From assembly GCA_010405405.1 (NCBI GenBank), contig MU004231.1, forward strand, positions 1,557,784-1,621,783: a stretch of DNA of 64,000 bases. The letters are read 5' to 3'. Below, piece after piece: positions 1-13,102 of this stretch; position 1 is the stretch's first letter; each line of letters starts with the position of its first letter. The stretch comes from Microthyrium microscopicum. Taxonomy: Eukaryota. The position numbers were made by a program, and so were the translations under genes. The notes beneath the pieces were generated by a model. That model was not told the origin of the DNA. It made no database searches and was given only the letters and a program-made list of their open reading frames with translations.

Positions 1-558
1 GATTGACATGGAGATGCCCCGGACCCTGAAGGATCAAACCGTGAAACAATTCCCAGGCCACGTTTGCCTATCCACACCTTTGGTTTATTGAAGCTTGAGC
101 ACTGTTCAGTCTGAGGTCTAATTTCCGGTCCGTGAGGCATTATTTCGCGTAGTCAGATCTTAGCTTCCCCACCCTTTGGAGTCTTGATCCTACAGAGTCA
201 CCGCCAGCCTCATAAATTGTGGTCGCGTGTCGCCATGTCCGACTCTCTCCGACCTCATCTCTACCTTGGCGTCTATACTCTATACCAATGACAATTGGTA
301 TTACGCGCTCAAGATCTAAGATGAGATTGTTCCTCACTGCTGTACACTGCAGACTTGCCAGATTTCTTGAGATAGAAAAATCACATGGTTTGTATCCAAG
401 GTGACTGGAGCTGTACACAGTTGAGCTGTCAGCAAGGAAGCAGGCATTGAGTTTTGTCCAATGTCCCTCGAAGGTTCTTTGACTAATTGGATTTACAACG
501 AGATATGCACACACGCGACAAGGCGGCCATCTCCAACCTCGCGGCTCCTTGCCAAGCC

Positions 559-1357
559 GATAAGCTCAACAGTCAACACTATGGGCAGGGACGACACTGG
601 ACCCTTGATTGTCCTGTTAGCTGCCCTTACTACCGTACTTCCAGTTACAATGCTCAATGCTCCATGTCTATTGCCTACAGAGAGTGGATGCTCGCGGTAG
701 TCCGGCAGTGATTCGCAGCCTTGCTCGTTTACAGCTTGATCCTTCCTGCCCGCTTTGTGTGCCCGCGGCCCGTATAAAAGCCACACGATGGAGTTTGACG
801 AAGCTGATGAATGCAAGTGGTTCGCTGCTGTTGAATTGCTGTACATGTAGGTACAGGGCTGAAAGCTCATATCTCCAAAGCCTAAAGGTACTCTATTCAC
901 AATTTCACACGGCCAGACCCTGCATACCGTGCGGTAAACCATAAACCAAGCATGTGCCAGCGTGGGGCGACGGCTGCTAGACCCAACCTAATTCCCTCCG
1001 ATGCATCTTGATTGGCCAATACGGAGGGAGTCGGACAGGCATTCAAACTACTCCATGCTGCACCTCCATATTCCTTATCTCTAACTTCTGTCAGAATCAC
1101 TCTTGACCCTACAGCGACATTTTTCTACGGCGTCTGGGCCCATGCACAACTCCACACTCTTATCTTGTGCCTTTTGTTTGACCAACAGCTTTTGTTATAT
1201 TCCTCACTCACCACACGCTTGCTGCTCAAAATGGGTTCTCGCCAACTAAAAGAAGAAAAACTGTTTGGCGAACGCCCACACTGGGCCGCCCACTTTGTCC
1301 CAAGACCAGTGAAAGTTTTGATAACAAAAGATCTAGATCAGATGCATGTATGATAAG
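559..1357. promoter_or_regulatory. GATA motifs upstream of DUR3 (candidate AreA/Nit2 nitrogen-regulation sites)
   Basis: GATAAG at 559 and 1352, CTTATC at 1074 and 1159, GATAAC at 1320. Fungal urea transporters are known GATA-factor targets. The motifs are short, so function is inferred. Confidence 0.4.
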
Positions 1358-1471
1358 CCACCGACTTCGCTAGAGAAGATATATCAAGGGTAGCCTCGTC
1401 CATCTTTGGCTCTGTACGTTTGCTGTTCCGAGCATCGACAGGATTCAAATCATCCTCGCACATAGTTCAAT

Positions 1472-3670
1472 ATGGTGCAACCTGCATTGACCCAAGGCTT
1501 TGGGTATGGCATTATCCTTGGTTTAGGAGCTGCCTTTGGTGAGCTTTTCGAGTTGAAGTATATGATATTGTTGCTAACCATGGAAACCAGCTCTTGGTAT
1601 GATCTTTACCACATGGGCTCTTAAGAGATACAATGGTGAGCTTCAAACTTCTGAAGCTTTCTCCACTGCCGGTCGAACTGTCAAGTCCGGTCTTGTCGCC
1701 GCAGCCGTTGTTTCCAGTTGGACCTGGGCTGCTACTCTTCTACAATCTTCTGGTGTCGCGTACCGTTATGGTGTGAGCGGTCCTTTCTGGTATGCCTCTG
1801 GAGCTACAGTTCAAGTAAGTTGATTCCGTTTGACCAGTTAACGAAGCATATACCAACGGTTTTGTAGATTCTGCTATTTGCAACAATTGCAATTGAGCTC
1901 AAGCGCCGTGCACCCAACGCCCATACCTTTTTGGAAGTCATCAAAGCTCGTTATGGAGTCTTCACACACGCAGTATTCTTGACCTTTGGCCTTATGACCA
2001 ACATTCTTGTCACTGCCATGTTGTTGTGCGGCGGTTCTGCTGTCGCAAGTGATTTGTCTGGCGTTCCAACAGCCGCAGCATGTTTCCTTCTACCAATTGG
2101 TGTCGTTTTGTACACCATGTTTGGTGGTATCAAGGCAACATTCTTGACTGATTACGTGCACACACTCATCATCTTCGCCATCATCTTGACCTTCGCTTTC
2201 AGCGCTTATGCTGTCAACTCAACCATTGGATCTCCTGGCAAGGTTTACGATTTGCTTGTCAAGGCCGCTGCTCAGCACCCCGTTGAGGGAAATGCTGGTG
2301 GTAGCTACTTGACCATGCAGAGCAGAGAAGGCGCAATCTTTTTCGTCATCAACATTGTAGGAAACTTCGGAACCGTCTTCCTAGGTAAGCTTGCACATAT
2401 AGTTTCTAAAAGGTTTACCTAATAATCTTCAGATAACGGATACTACAACAAGGCCATTGCAGCTAGCCCTGTTGATGCGCTCCCAGGGTATATCATGGGA
2501 GGCCTTGCTTGGTTCGCTATCCCCTGGCTGTGCGCCACCACCATGGGTCTTGCGGCTCTTGCGTTGGAGTTGACTCCAGTCTTCCCAGGCTATCCAAACC
2601 GTATGTCCGACGCCGATGTCTCTGCTGGTCTCGTCTTGCCAAATGCTGCTGTGGCTCTACTTGGTAAAGGCGGCGCTGGTGCATCTTTCTTGCTTGTCTT
2701 CATGGCTGTTACATCAGCCATGTCTGCAGAGTTGATCGCCGTGTCCTCCATCGTAACATACGATATCTACCAGACCTACATCAACCCTGCAGCATCAGGA
2801 CGCTTCCTTATCCGCATGTCCCATGTGTCTTGCATTATCTATTCTATCATTATGGCGGCCTTCTCCACCGGATTGTACTATGCTGGTATCAGCATGGGAT
2901 ACATCTACGTTATGATGGGTGTCATAATCTCCAGCGCTGTCTTGCCAGCCACCCTAACTCTTATGTGGAAGGATATGAACTGGATTGCTGCTGCTTTCTC
3001 CCCAATTCTTGGGTTGATTGTAGCTCTCATCGCCTGGTTGGTTACCGCCAAGACCAACTGCGGTACTCTCGACGTTGCGTGCACTGGATCCAACTACCCC
3101 ATGTTGGCGGGTAATGTTGCCGCACTCCTCTCACCAATGGTCTTTGTGCCAGTCCTCACCTTTGCTTTCGGCAAGCAAAACTATGACTGGGTCAGCATGA
3201 AAGAGATCCGAAAGGGCGATGATCATGACCTCGCCGCCAAGGCTGGCATGGACCTCGAGAACCTTCCAGGCGAGCGCCGTCAATCTGTCATTGAAGCTGA
3301 AGCCGAGAACACTAAGCTCAACAAGGCCTTCAAGATTGCTGCCTCCATGACTGTTGTTATGACATTGGCTCTCTTGATTCTGTGGCCCATGCCAATGTAC
3401 GGCTCCGGCTACATCTTCTCCAAGAAGTTCTTCACTGGTTGGGTTGCAGTTGGAATCTTATGGCTCTTCTGCTCCTCCTTTGCGGTCGGTATCTTTCCCG
3501 TTTTCCAGGGCCGCAAGACCATCGCTCGCACCTTCAAGTACATGTTCTTGGATGCTACGGGCAAGTGGAAGCCACCAGTTCATGGTGAGCCTGTCATGGT
3601 TGAAGGCCATTCTGAGGGCCCAAGTACTCCAATCACCAAGGAGGCTGATGAGAAGATCGCGGCTGCTTAG
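1472..3670 (+). CDS. DUR3: Urea active transporter, sodium:solute symporter family (3 introns)
   Basis: ATG at 1472 ([19 protein letters not shown]), intron 1539-1590, then '[29 protein letters not shown]', '[14 protein letters not shown]', '[16 protein letters not shown]'. Joins ORFs 1599-1823, 1931-2422 and 2495-3670. Confidence 0.95.
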
Positions 3671-4475
3671 TTCTTGACTCCAGTGAAAGCGAGTCTTGAC
3701 TGACATCCTTCTAATTTGCTTCGATTTGACGTTTTCCCTCGTATAAGATACCAATTCAGAATGTTTACGCGTTTTTTGTCGCTGCTGTGATCCCATGAAT
3801 TCCATTGATCAAGAGGGCCACAAATTGTCCAAAGATACACCAAAATACAAAAAGCGATTCGTAGAATATATATTATATTCTACCCGGGAAGTACCTGGTA
3901 GCATGGCCGGATTAGGCAAAACCTGATTTTTCCTTATTGGGCATAGTCATGGAGCCAAAACCTTGCAGTTCTTCCTTTCGCGCAAGGTTTCGCATGATAT
4001 GGCGAACTACTCTATCGAAGAAAATAGGACGTCGACGAAAGATTTCTTGGAAGTCACATATCGGTGGAAGCTTTGAGACAATGAATTTAATGTTGAAAGT
4101 TTATATAACTCTAGAGCCTCATTGCCAAGCCAATACTAATCATTTTCATTCCCCAGCCATCGAAAACAATGATTTGGATGCTTACTGAGCATTTGACATC
4201 GTGACTGCACCCCTGTTGTCTCATCACACCCATGAATATTACTGAACTAGGACGGCGATATCTCAATGGCGCATATGCCAAGAGCCAGCAAGATTCATGG
4301 GTTAGAATTCCAGCGCACTGAGATGCTTATGAATTGTGACAGGTCCCGTTGTGTTGTGATTTAAGTCTTGTACTATTCCCTTGATCTTTGCTCTTGCACT
4401 TCTTTTGTTATTTTGGGGGTGTTTTCATCGACACGCTTTTCATACACCGATTGGTAACGTTTTGATCAAGTAACC

Positions 4476-6430
4476 ATGGATCTTTTGAGAGAGTCGGCCG
4501 TCGGGCAAATTCTTCGCTATATCACCAAAAATCGCATTCTCTTGTATCCCGAGGAAAAAGATGATTTCAGTTGGCCACCGTTGGTACATCAAACCAACTC
4601 CGCCATTTTGCTACCGCTGATTATTCTAGGACGCTGTCTTGGCCTCTGAGAAGAAGCTCCAGGCAATTCAAGAAGATGAGATAACACCAGCGACCGAAAA
4701 GACGGAGCGCCAGATCCCAGAAGACGAAGAATCTGCATCAGAATCAGACGAGCCACGCTTGGAGTCAATCATTACAGCACCAGATCGCGAAGAATACCCG
4801 GGTTCACATGTCGTCACTACAAGAACCGCGACTAGAGCTTATACTCGAGAAAGATTTGAAGTAGAACAGCAGCTGGCGGCAGATAAAACCAAAAGCATTA
4901 CAATTGCTCCGACCAAGACCTCGGATGGAACAATTCTGGTAGATTGGTATACGACTGATGACCCAGCCAATCCACAGAACTGGAAGACGACCAAAAAGTC
5001 TCTTGTTTTAGTACAACTTTGTGCATACTCCTTGGCCATATATGGCTCATCCAGTATGTACGTGCCAGGTGAAGGTGGAGTTATGGCAGAATTTCATGTT
5101 GGCGATACCCCAGCCGCATTAGGCCTTGCGATATTTGTTGTTGGCTACGGCATTGGTCCTCTTCTTTTCGCTCCTTTGAGTGAAATTGCTTCAATAGGCA
5201 GGAACTGGGTCTACGTACCGACGTTTTGCTTGTTTGTTATTCTGTCGTTTCCGACTGCCGTTGTCAAGAACTATGCTGGACTTTTGGTTCTCAGATTTCT
5301 AACTGGATTTTTCGGGAGTCCTTGTCTTGCTAATGGAGGAGCTTCCGTTGGAGATATGGTGAGACCTAAATACCCAAGTCATTCCGATGCTTGTGCTAAT
5401 CTCATCTCTAGTATTCTCTCCTGGAGCTTCCAATTTATCTATCTGCCTGGACCGTTGCTTGCTTCTGGGGCCCTGCAATAGGACCTCTGATTTCTGGCTT
5501 TGCTATCCAAGCAAAAGGTTGGAGATGGGGCCTCTGGGAAATCGTCTGGCTGAGTGGACCAATTCTCATCGTATTCCTCTTTTTCTACCCAGAAACATCT
5601 GCAGACAACATTCTCCGACGTCGAGCCCAGAGATTGCGTAAACGAACTGGAGTTGCCAACATAAAGTCCAAGAGCGAACTCGAACAAGCAAACCTAAAAC
5701 CATCTGCGATCTTGGTGGAGGCTCTTGTCAAACCACTAGAGATTATGATCAAAGATCCTGCGGTCGCTTTCACAAACGTATATGTAAGGGTGGCTACTGA
5801 ACCGTTCGTGATTCTAGCTGACTATTGTAGACTTCGCTTGTCTACGGCATCTATTATTCCTTCTTCGAAGTATTTCCTCTGGTGTATCCACCAATGTATG
5901 GGTTCAACATTGGAGAAGTCGGCCTATGCTTCCTCACCATAGGAATTGGCTGTGTCATTGGAGTGTCTTGCTTCCTGACTTATCAGATTTATTACCTCAT
6001 TCCGGATATCAAAAAGAATGGCCTAAGAGCTCCTGAACATCGTTTGGTGCCAGCACTTCTGGGCGTAATTCTCCTCCCAGTTGGGTACTTCCTGTTCGGT
6101 TGGACAGCTCGGCCCGCGGTCCATTGGATTGTCAGTCTCATCGGAGTCATTATTCTGGTCGCTGCCAACTTCTTCATTTTCCAATGCGTCTTTGTCTACC
6201 TGCCGCTATCTTATCCGAGGTACGCCGCGTCACTATTCGCGGCTAATGACCTCTGTCGATCCATGTTTGCGGCTGCTTGCGTTCTGTTTTCCAGACCAAT
6301 GTTCATCAGCCTCGGAATCGGCGGAGGTGTTTCCTTGCTGGCCGGATTATCAGTCCTTGGAGTGTTTGGCATGTTCTTTCTCTGGAGATATGGTGCTAAG
6401 CTTAGATCAAAGAGCAAGTTTGCTGGATAA
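4476..6430 (+). CDS. MFS drug:H+ antiporter, DHA1 family (Flr1/Caf5/Mdr1-like), spliced
   Basis: ATG at 4476 (MDLLRESAVGQILRYIT...LLYPEE), 'VDWYTTDDPANPQNW', 'GPLLFAPLSE..IGRN', 'RFLTGFFGSPCLANGGAS', 'PEHRL', 'YPRYAASLFAAND', ending 'LRSKSKFAG*'. Confidence 0.93.
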
Positions 6431-6556
6431 TACGGACAAAAGCGGACTTTGACGTAGGCTATTGCTATTATGGAAGCAATGTTCTTATTGCTTTGGAGGT
6501 GGGAGGATTTACGGGTTGGACGAGGGAATTTGCGCAATTCTAAGATATCAATACAT

Positions 6557-7608
6557 CTACATGCCCATTGTGGGTCTCAAATGTCTCCACCAATCTCTCA
6601 TCATCTAGAACACATTAGATTGACCAACTCTCAAATTCCATCATATCACTTACCCAAGCATCAAATTCCGTGATGAACATGGCACTTCCAGCCATCATGA
6701 TGAAGTTGGTCTGTCCAGGGGGCTTCCAGTCGTAGTAATCGTCCAAGCCAAAAGTGTGTCCCTAACTCAAATGAGTAAAAATCCATATGTATGGCTGACT
6801 GATCATACCATTTCGTGCAAAAAGATGTGCAAATCTTTTGTAGTCTTCATTTGTGAAAGGAACATTTCGCTTCCAATTCTCTGACCCCAATCGCCGCCCT
6901 ACAAAAGATTAGCACAGTCACAATTTGCATAGAGGCAATACTCACGGCACCGCCTTTCATTCCATCGGTAAGCCAGAGACTCATGTCATAATGCTTGTCG
7001 GCTCCACCAGGGCACTGCGAGTAGACACCGTTCTGATGAAAGAAACGACCACACTGCTCACTACATTGAGGAATACCATCACGATCCTTGGTGTTGTAGA
7101 ATGTGAATCCCTCAGACGCATTATATCCTGGAAGCAAGTTTTGCGAGCGTGCTGCCCAGCCAGTGACTGTTACAGGAACATTCGTATAAGGCCAGCCATC
7201 GAAGCCTACCAGAATATCCATCCACTTCTTGACCTGGACTTTGAGGACTTTGTCAATGGTGGCACGAATCTCTGGCGTGGCTGTAGTTTTGGAGTCCCAT
7301 CGAACACAGAAGTTGATCTTGCCCTTATTGGCGACGACTTGCTTGTAACCGTAGTTGGGGAACTTGAGAGGATCTGGTCGCGGGCTATACTTCTTCATTT
7401 GGTTGGCCCATACTGCGTTTAGTGCTTGTACGAGATTTGCAGGTGGATTCCACTTGGTTTCTTTCAGTGATGGTGCTGAGTCCGCGCGGACTGGAGCTGC
7501 TGCTGCGGCGGCAATGGCATCGATGTCGGCCTGGACTGGAGATGCACTCGACAGCCCATTGAAGCAGAGAAGCAGTGATGCTAGAATCTGGAGCTTTAGT
7601 GAAGCCAT
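6557..7608 (-). CDS. Secreted putative neutral zinc metallopeptidase (HEMGHTFGLDD), 3 introns
   Basis: Signal peptide MASLKLQILASLLLCFNGLSSA and 'INFCVRWDS'. Downstream exons read GDWGQRIGSE..HIFLHEM | GHTFGLDDYYDWKP..FIMMAGSAMFITEFDAW | MMRDWWRHLRPTMGM* with GT..AG junctions. Confidence 0.85.
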
Positions 7609-8213
7609 TTTCGAGGCAGCTTAGGGAACAGCGAAGACTCGAAAAGGTCGACAAGTTACCTCAGAGCCATTCTGTTCATAGGTACCGATTGAGATAGCTA
7701 CTAATCTGTTTTCTGGGGTAGCTGGCAGAACCGTAATTTGCAGAGATGGCCTGTTCCACGTAAATGCTAGATGTTATTGGGGTCTGGTGAAGAGATAAAT
7801 ACCATTGGTGCGATGTACTATATAAAGCCTGGCTGATTGGTTCCCGGCTCGCATGTCTGTACCGATAGGGTTGAGAGACTCTATATTCACTGGAAGCGAT
7901 CTTCTGAAGTATTTAGTCCGGACGGAAAGCCACTAACGTAGACGCAGCATAGCCTCTCAGGGCTCGGAAAATCATTGACGATAGGTAGTATGAGAGTTGT
8001 GAGTTGCTACGGTTGGACGGATGCTTCCCATCATACGCTACCAGTGCTTCTTTGAGATCCAAAGCCAGTGAACCATTTAAACAATCCTCAATATTTAAAA
8101 TAGTCTAGCATTTGATTGCTCGAGCTTGAATGATTTGGATATGAATCTGCGATCTGCTGCGTAAATTGATGCAACAGTCCGACTAACTCACGGCCTACAA
8201 CCGGCCCAGATGA

Positions 8214-9017
8214 TCAGACTATGAAGACCATATCATCGCTCTGGGCCTCAACCTGCGTTAAGTCAGTCCATCTGGCTAGAATCAAGTGCTGAGATTGATC
8301 TCGCCATACTAGGTGAGATCCTGTGCATACTTTCTGCCGTCCCCAGTGTCTCCGTCCTTTCACGTATCTTAGCCCATCATATATCCCTTCAGAAATTCCA
8401 AACAGCAAGACAAAAGCGGCTATAATCAGCGGGCCAACCCAATACGGCCCAAAACCACCCACGAAAAGCGACCAACTAACAAGAATAGCCCACTTGGCAG
8501 CCACCATCAGCGGCTGAATCCATAATAGGGGGTGTTCGAATATTAGCTGCGAAGCGACATGTGTCATCCCGACCGACCAGGCGATACACGGTATCAGCAC
8601 CAGATATTTCTTCTTTTTGATATAGTCGGAATGGTTAAGATATTCGAGATAGTGGTGATTGATGAATTGTATTCGATGACAAGTGGTTTGAACCCGTTGT
8701 ATCAGATATTGGCCTTCTGTGACAGGTCTTTGCTGATGGATGTCGGCTGGTTGAGCTGTCAGAAGTGTTGCGTCGAAGGTCGACTGATATGGATCGTGGC
8801 GAATGTTGTGGGTAGAGCTTGATGTCGATGATTTATTCGAGCTAGAGAAGGATTCGTCGAAAACTTCAGGTACCTCTTTCCTAGCCCATGTCGCAGTCGG
8901 TTGCGGTACTCGATACAGGAACGGAGAAGACGAGAAGGTGGCCATGGGAAGGACAGAGGGAGGAGAAGGTATCGTGCATTGATTGCGCTGGGGCTTGGAG
9001 GTCATCGTGAAAACCAT
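8214..9017 (-). CDS. Hypothetical membrane protein (267 aa)
   Basis: ATG-started ORF with an S/T/P-rich N-terminus and about three hydrophobic segments. No family recognised. Confidence 0.55.
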   Translation of the reverse strand: MVFTMTSKPQRNQCTIPSPPSVLPMATFSSSPFLYRVPQPTATWARKEVPEVFDESFSSSNKSSTSSSTHNIRHDPYQSTFDATLLTAQPADIHQQRPVTEGQYLIQRVQTTCHRIQFINHHYLEYLNHSDYIKKKKYLVLIPCIAWSVGMTHVASQLIFEHPLLWIQPLMVAAKWAILVSWSLFVGGFGPYWVGPLIIAAFVLLFGISEGIYDGLRYVKGRRHWGRQKVCTGSHLVWRDQSQHLILARWTDLTQVEAQSDDMVFIV

Positions 9018-9450
9018 TCGTGAACTTGTCAGTCTATGCTATTGAAGTTGTAAGGTAAGATGGAGAAAATCCCAACACGTCCAAGGGATGGCTGAGGTTG
9101 TCGTGGTCAATTTCTGCGAATCGATTCCCATGACACTTGATATCATTCAACCTCCGGTGAGAAAATATGGACTAGATGTCGACTAAGGTTCCAGGTAAAA
9201 ATATAAAATCTCCGGTACGGATAGCTAAATAATCGTCGACCGTACCAAAGCAAAGTATTAAATGCAGCTGAAAAGGCATATCGAAAGTGGAAGATTCAGA
9301 AAGTCTTCTAGACTGCGGTACGCTAGCTGCGCCAGTGGAAATGACAAACACACAATCTAGTACAGTCTGTAATGCGATATGTGATGTCAAGTCTGAGATA
9401 GACATATGCGATTAGGTATTTAAATTAGAGAAGCAGGCAGGCGTCAAAAC

Positions 9451-10923
9451 TTAGCGTGTCTTCTTTACCTCCGTCACCCTCATATCAATACCAACGCGAA
9501 ACTGCTTTCCTCGCCATGCGACCGTGACACCACCATACACTGCCCAAGCCCAGATGGGGAACGCAAGAGACTCACGGCCCAGCCAAGCAGCCAGCCATGG
9601 TAGAAACTTGCGGCGCTGCTGGAATCGTGCAAAGCCAGGTGTGTTCTCGTCCATTTGTATAGATGAGCCTGCTTGCATGTGGCAGTATAGAACCCAGTCA
9701 TGAAGTGCCCAAATGCTGACACTGGTCGTGAAGAATAGCAAAAACGTCAGCCACGTCGGTGGAATATTCCATTCGTTAAGAAAATACGGCATGGTAGATA
9801 TGGCGTATGCACCGTATAGGGAGCAAAGAATGCTTTCGGTGCCTGGCTCGACGAGTGTGGCCAGGAGGACAGTGAATTTGCGCACGCGTAGCCAGCGGAC
9901 ACGGCGGTGGAAGAACTCGGAAACTGACATGCCGGCCACGGGCTGGACAGCGAGATCGCCAAAGTCAAGGGCGTGGTTACCCCATGGTTTTCTGGATGCA
10001 GAGGGATCTTGTAATTTAACGACGGAGGGCGGAATTGGTTGTTTCCAGAGAAGGTCTCCTATGAGATGATCTTCACAAATATTGTGGCTGAAAAAGTCGA
10101 TGCCTTGGTCTTTCGTTAAAGCGTTGAGATGCGAGCGTCGGAACATGTTGGATTTGCCAACGATGCAAGGAGCAACGAGGACAGTGTTGATGGCCGTATA
10201 GAATTTGCCATGCGCAGCGGAGAACCAGGCTTCTTCATAGCGACCTCCCAGCGTCTGCCAGAGATATGAGCCTTGGCCGTGACCGGTACCTGATGGGCTT
10301 TGATCGACCACAAGAGGCAGCTGATGAACGAACTTGTTGGGTCGCTTTCCGCCAAATCCGCAGAGAGTGTCTACCATGCGGCCACAAGTGCCTTTGTTCG
10401 TCCAGACGTTGCAGTCCGCTATCCAGACAATGTCGCCCTTTGCCTCCCTGTACGCTCGGCTCATGCTGCGGATCTTGGGGTTTGGACCCATTGGCCATCC
10501 ACGCGTCTCTAGATTGGGATCTTGAGTCTCGATGAACAACTGCACGTCGAACTGCGGATAGTCTTTAAGCAGCTTCCGCAACGTCGGGACGGCCGGATCA
10601 TTTTCACTGTCCACGCAGAAGAAAATGGTGAGTTTGTTTATAGGGTATTGTTGGTGAAAGGTACAGGCGAGGCAATCGTAGAGGCCAGGATCAAGGCCCT
10701 TGACTGGACGTATTATGGTGACATGAGGAGCGTCATCTCCTCGAGTAGAAGAGACTGAAGGATGTGGAGGAGATGAATACCAGCGGTAACTGTCGTAGGA
10801 TTAGCGGAAAGCTCGGAAAAGACTGAAGGGCAGGTATTACAGTTGTGTTGTGCCAATAAGGCATACTATGACAATGAAGCAGTACCAAGAAAGGCAGACG
10901 ACCGCCACGGCCTCGGAGAGCAT
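9451..10923 (-). CDS. GCS1: Ceramide glucosyltransferase (GT21)
   Basis: ATG at 10923 ([24 protein letters not shown]), one intron, then '[13 protein letters not shown]', '[28 protein letters not shown]', '[15 protein letters not shown]', 'ICEDHLIG', '[11 protein letters not shown]'. Confidence 0.93.
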
Positions 10924-11274
10924 TGGAATATCATAGCAAGAAAATCAGGGAGGTTTGTTGTGTTGCAAGTTGAGCCGAGCTTGAAGATCAGAGAGCTTCG
11001 CGAAAAATGAAGAGCGGCAATATTTCGGACTTAAAGCAGCTTGTTAGTGTTAGCCATGCCATCAACCATCATTTCGCACAAGTCAAGTTAATATAACAAT
11101 CGGTTGTAATATTTAGATACTATTTAGGAATAAGACAACCTGGGACCCGAGGACAATTATTCATATCATTAATACGGCGTCATTAGGGGTTGGTATAGTG
11201 TTCCTCCCTTAAGTGTCGCCCAAACCAGTCCTATCAACTATCCCTTCCAACCCATTACTCTATTATGTGTGGCA

Positions 11275-13102
11275 CTATGCGTTGATCGCATGTGCAAGTG
11301 GCGGATATACCGAGAGGAACTGCGCGTAAAGGTCAGGATGATCTCTCTGGAGGACCTCTGGGTCCCAGGCCGCTGCCACAAAGATCGTGTCAACGCCAGT
11401 AGATATAGGTGTGACCATGATGCTGCAAATCTGCGAGCCGATGAGAAAGGCAAATGCGACAATCGCGAAGCTCCATCCATTCGTTCCAAATCCGTCCATG
11501 ATGAACTCTTGATAGGCAAAAGCCAAGATAGCACAAACAAATCCAACAGCAACAGATCCCATGCTAAAGACTGGGCCAAGTAGACATAGATTGATGAGAG
11601 CATCGAATCCACGGTCTTTTATCAACCTGCCAAGATTAGTATAAAGCTTCCTAAATCAAAACACCATGATTGGGGTGTACTTACGACCAAGTCGCTTTTG
11701 CTGCTTCGAAATAGCTTTTTCCGTACAATGCAATGGTAATAAATGCATATCGATTGACAAAGTTCACAACCCAATCGAGGATGGACAGGAGACATCCAAG
11801 AACACAGAGGGCCATTGCGGCCGCCGCGTTGCCTTGACCAGCCTCATTATTCTGAGCTATAGAGCAAAGTTGACGAAGAAGGTTGACAATAGCTGTGATC
11901 AAGCTGCCCAACGAGATGGAACCAAAGCTGTAGGTGATCGTACGCTTGAAGGCACCTCGAGTAGCGCCCTTGGGGAAGTTATTGGAGCAGAAGTACCAGG
12001 AACCATAAACACTAAACAATTAATTAGAATGCTTTCAGTATTGGAGTTGTAGCATCACATACCCAGATATTGTGGCTTGCATGGTTGCCTTTAGCCATTC
12101 GGAGATCCAGAAAGCGGCGAAAGTCATGAACTATAGCAATTAGCTTGGTATACTATCAGAAAGAATATGACTTACGAAAATAAGGCCTGCAACAGTTCCA
12201 CTGCTGCTATTACCCCAATGAACTGAGATGGCGGCAACTGAGGCTGCAAACCATGCGGCGAAAGCAGCGGCCAAAAACCCGCCAATCAAGGAAACAAGGT
12301 ACACATGGCCGTACTTTTTGGAGACATTAATGCTCGTCGTTAACATAAACGCCGAAAATGGAATTCTAGGAATCCAAGTGATAAATGCGAAGACTGAAGC
12401 GCATTAGCATATTGAGCAAGCAAGTATTTGTCAGTGTAACCTTACCAGTAAAGGCCGCGAAGAGCGCAGCGATAATTCCTCCTGCATACTGTTTTCTATT
12501 CGCAAGTCAGCAGGTAGAGCTTAAGAGGGCTTGTATTTCAAATACCTGACAAGCAATAAGATAGCCGTCGCAATGCCCAGAACAATATTCAAGATGCCAG
12601 AGACCCAGATGAATACTTTTGGATAGAGACGAGCCAAGAAGATATAACCCCAGCTGAGGACGAATGCGGCAAGAATGACCAAGATGATCAAATAGCCTGA
12701 CTTGGCGTTGACTGCGTAGGAATTTTTGCTGTTCTTGTTTGTATTGTATCCACGAAAGGCGATCACAGAGACAGCAATGAAGCCAGCGCATACGACTAGA
12801 AATAGAATACCAGCCCAGAGGTCATTCATTTTCGGCTTCTTGACCTGAAAGGTCTGGTCAAAGTGTTGTTTCTCGCCATTGGGATCGTAGTTCGGGGCAG
12901 AGTAGCCATATTGCGGTGGTGGTTGAGAGGGGGCATTGTACTGCTGGCCGCTGTTGTTGTAGTCCTGCTGTTGGTAATTGTTTGGAGGGGGTTGTTGATA
13001 GTTTGTTGGAGGAGGTGGTTGATACTTCATAGTATTGGAAGGCTGTTCAGGGCCATCTTGATAGTAAGCATCGGCGGCGCCGCGCTCTCGTGTGTCAGCC
13101 AT
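11275..13102 (-). CDS. PNS1: Choline-transporter-like protein Pns1, multi-exon
   Basis: P/Q/Y-rich N-terminus, 'FDQTFQVKKPKMNDLWAGILF', 'YGSWYF', 'TYSFGSISLGSLI', 'NRYAFITIALYGKSYFEAAKATW', 'IKDRGFDALIN', 'WDPEVLQRDHP'. Confidence 0.92.

Noticed and set aside
1..1590. TPP riboswitch as in thiamine-related DUR3-family paralogues
   Set aside because: No aptamer consensus or long 5' intron was seen, and the gene looks like the canonical urea transporter.
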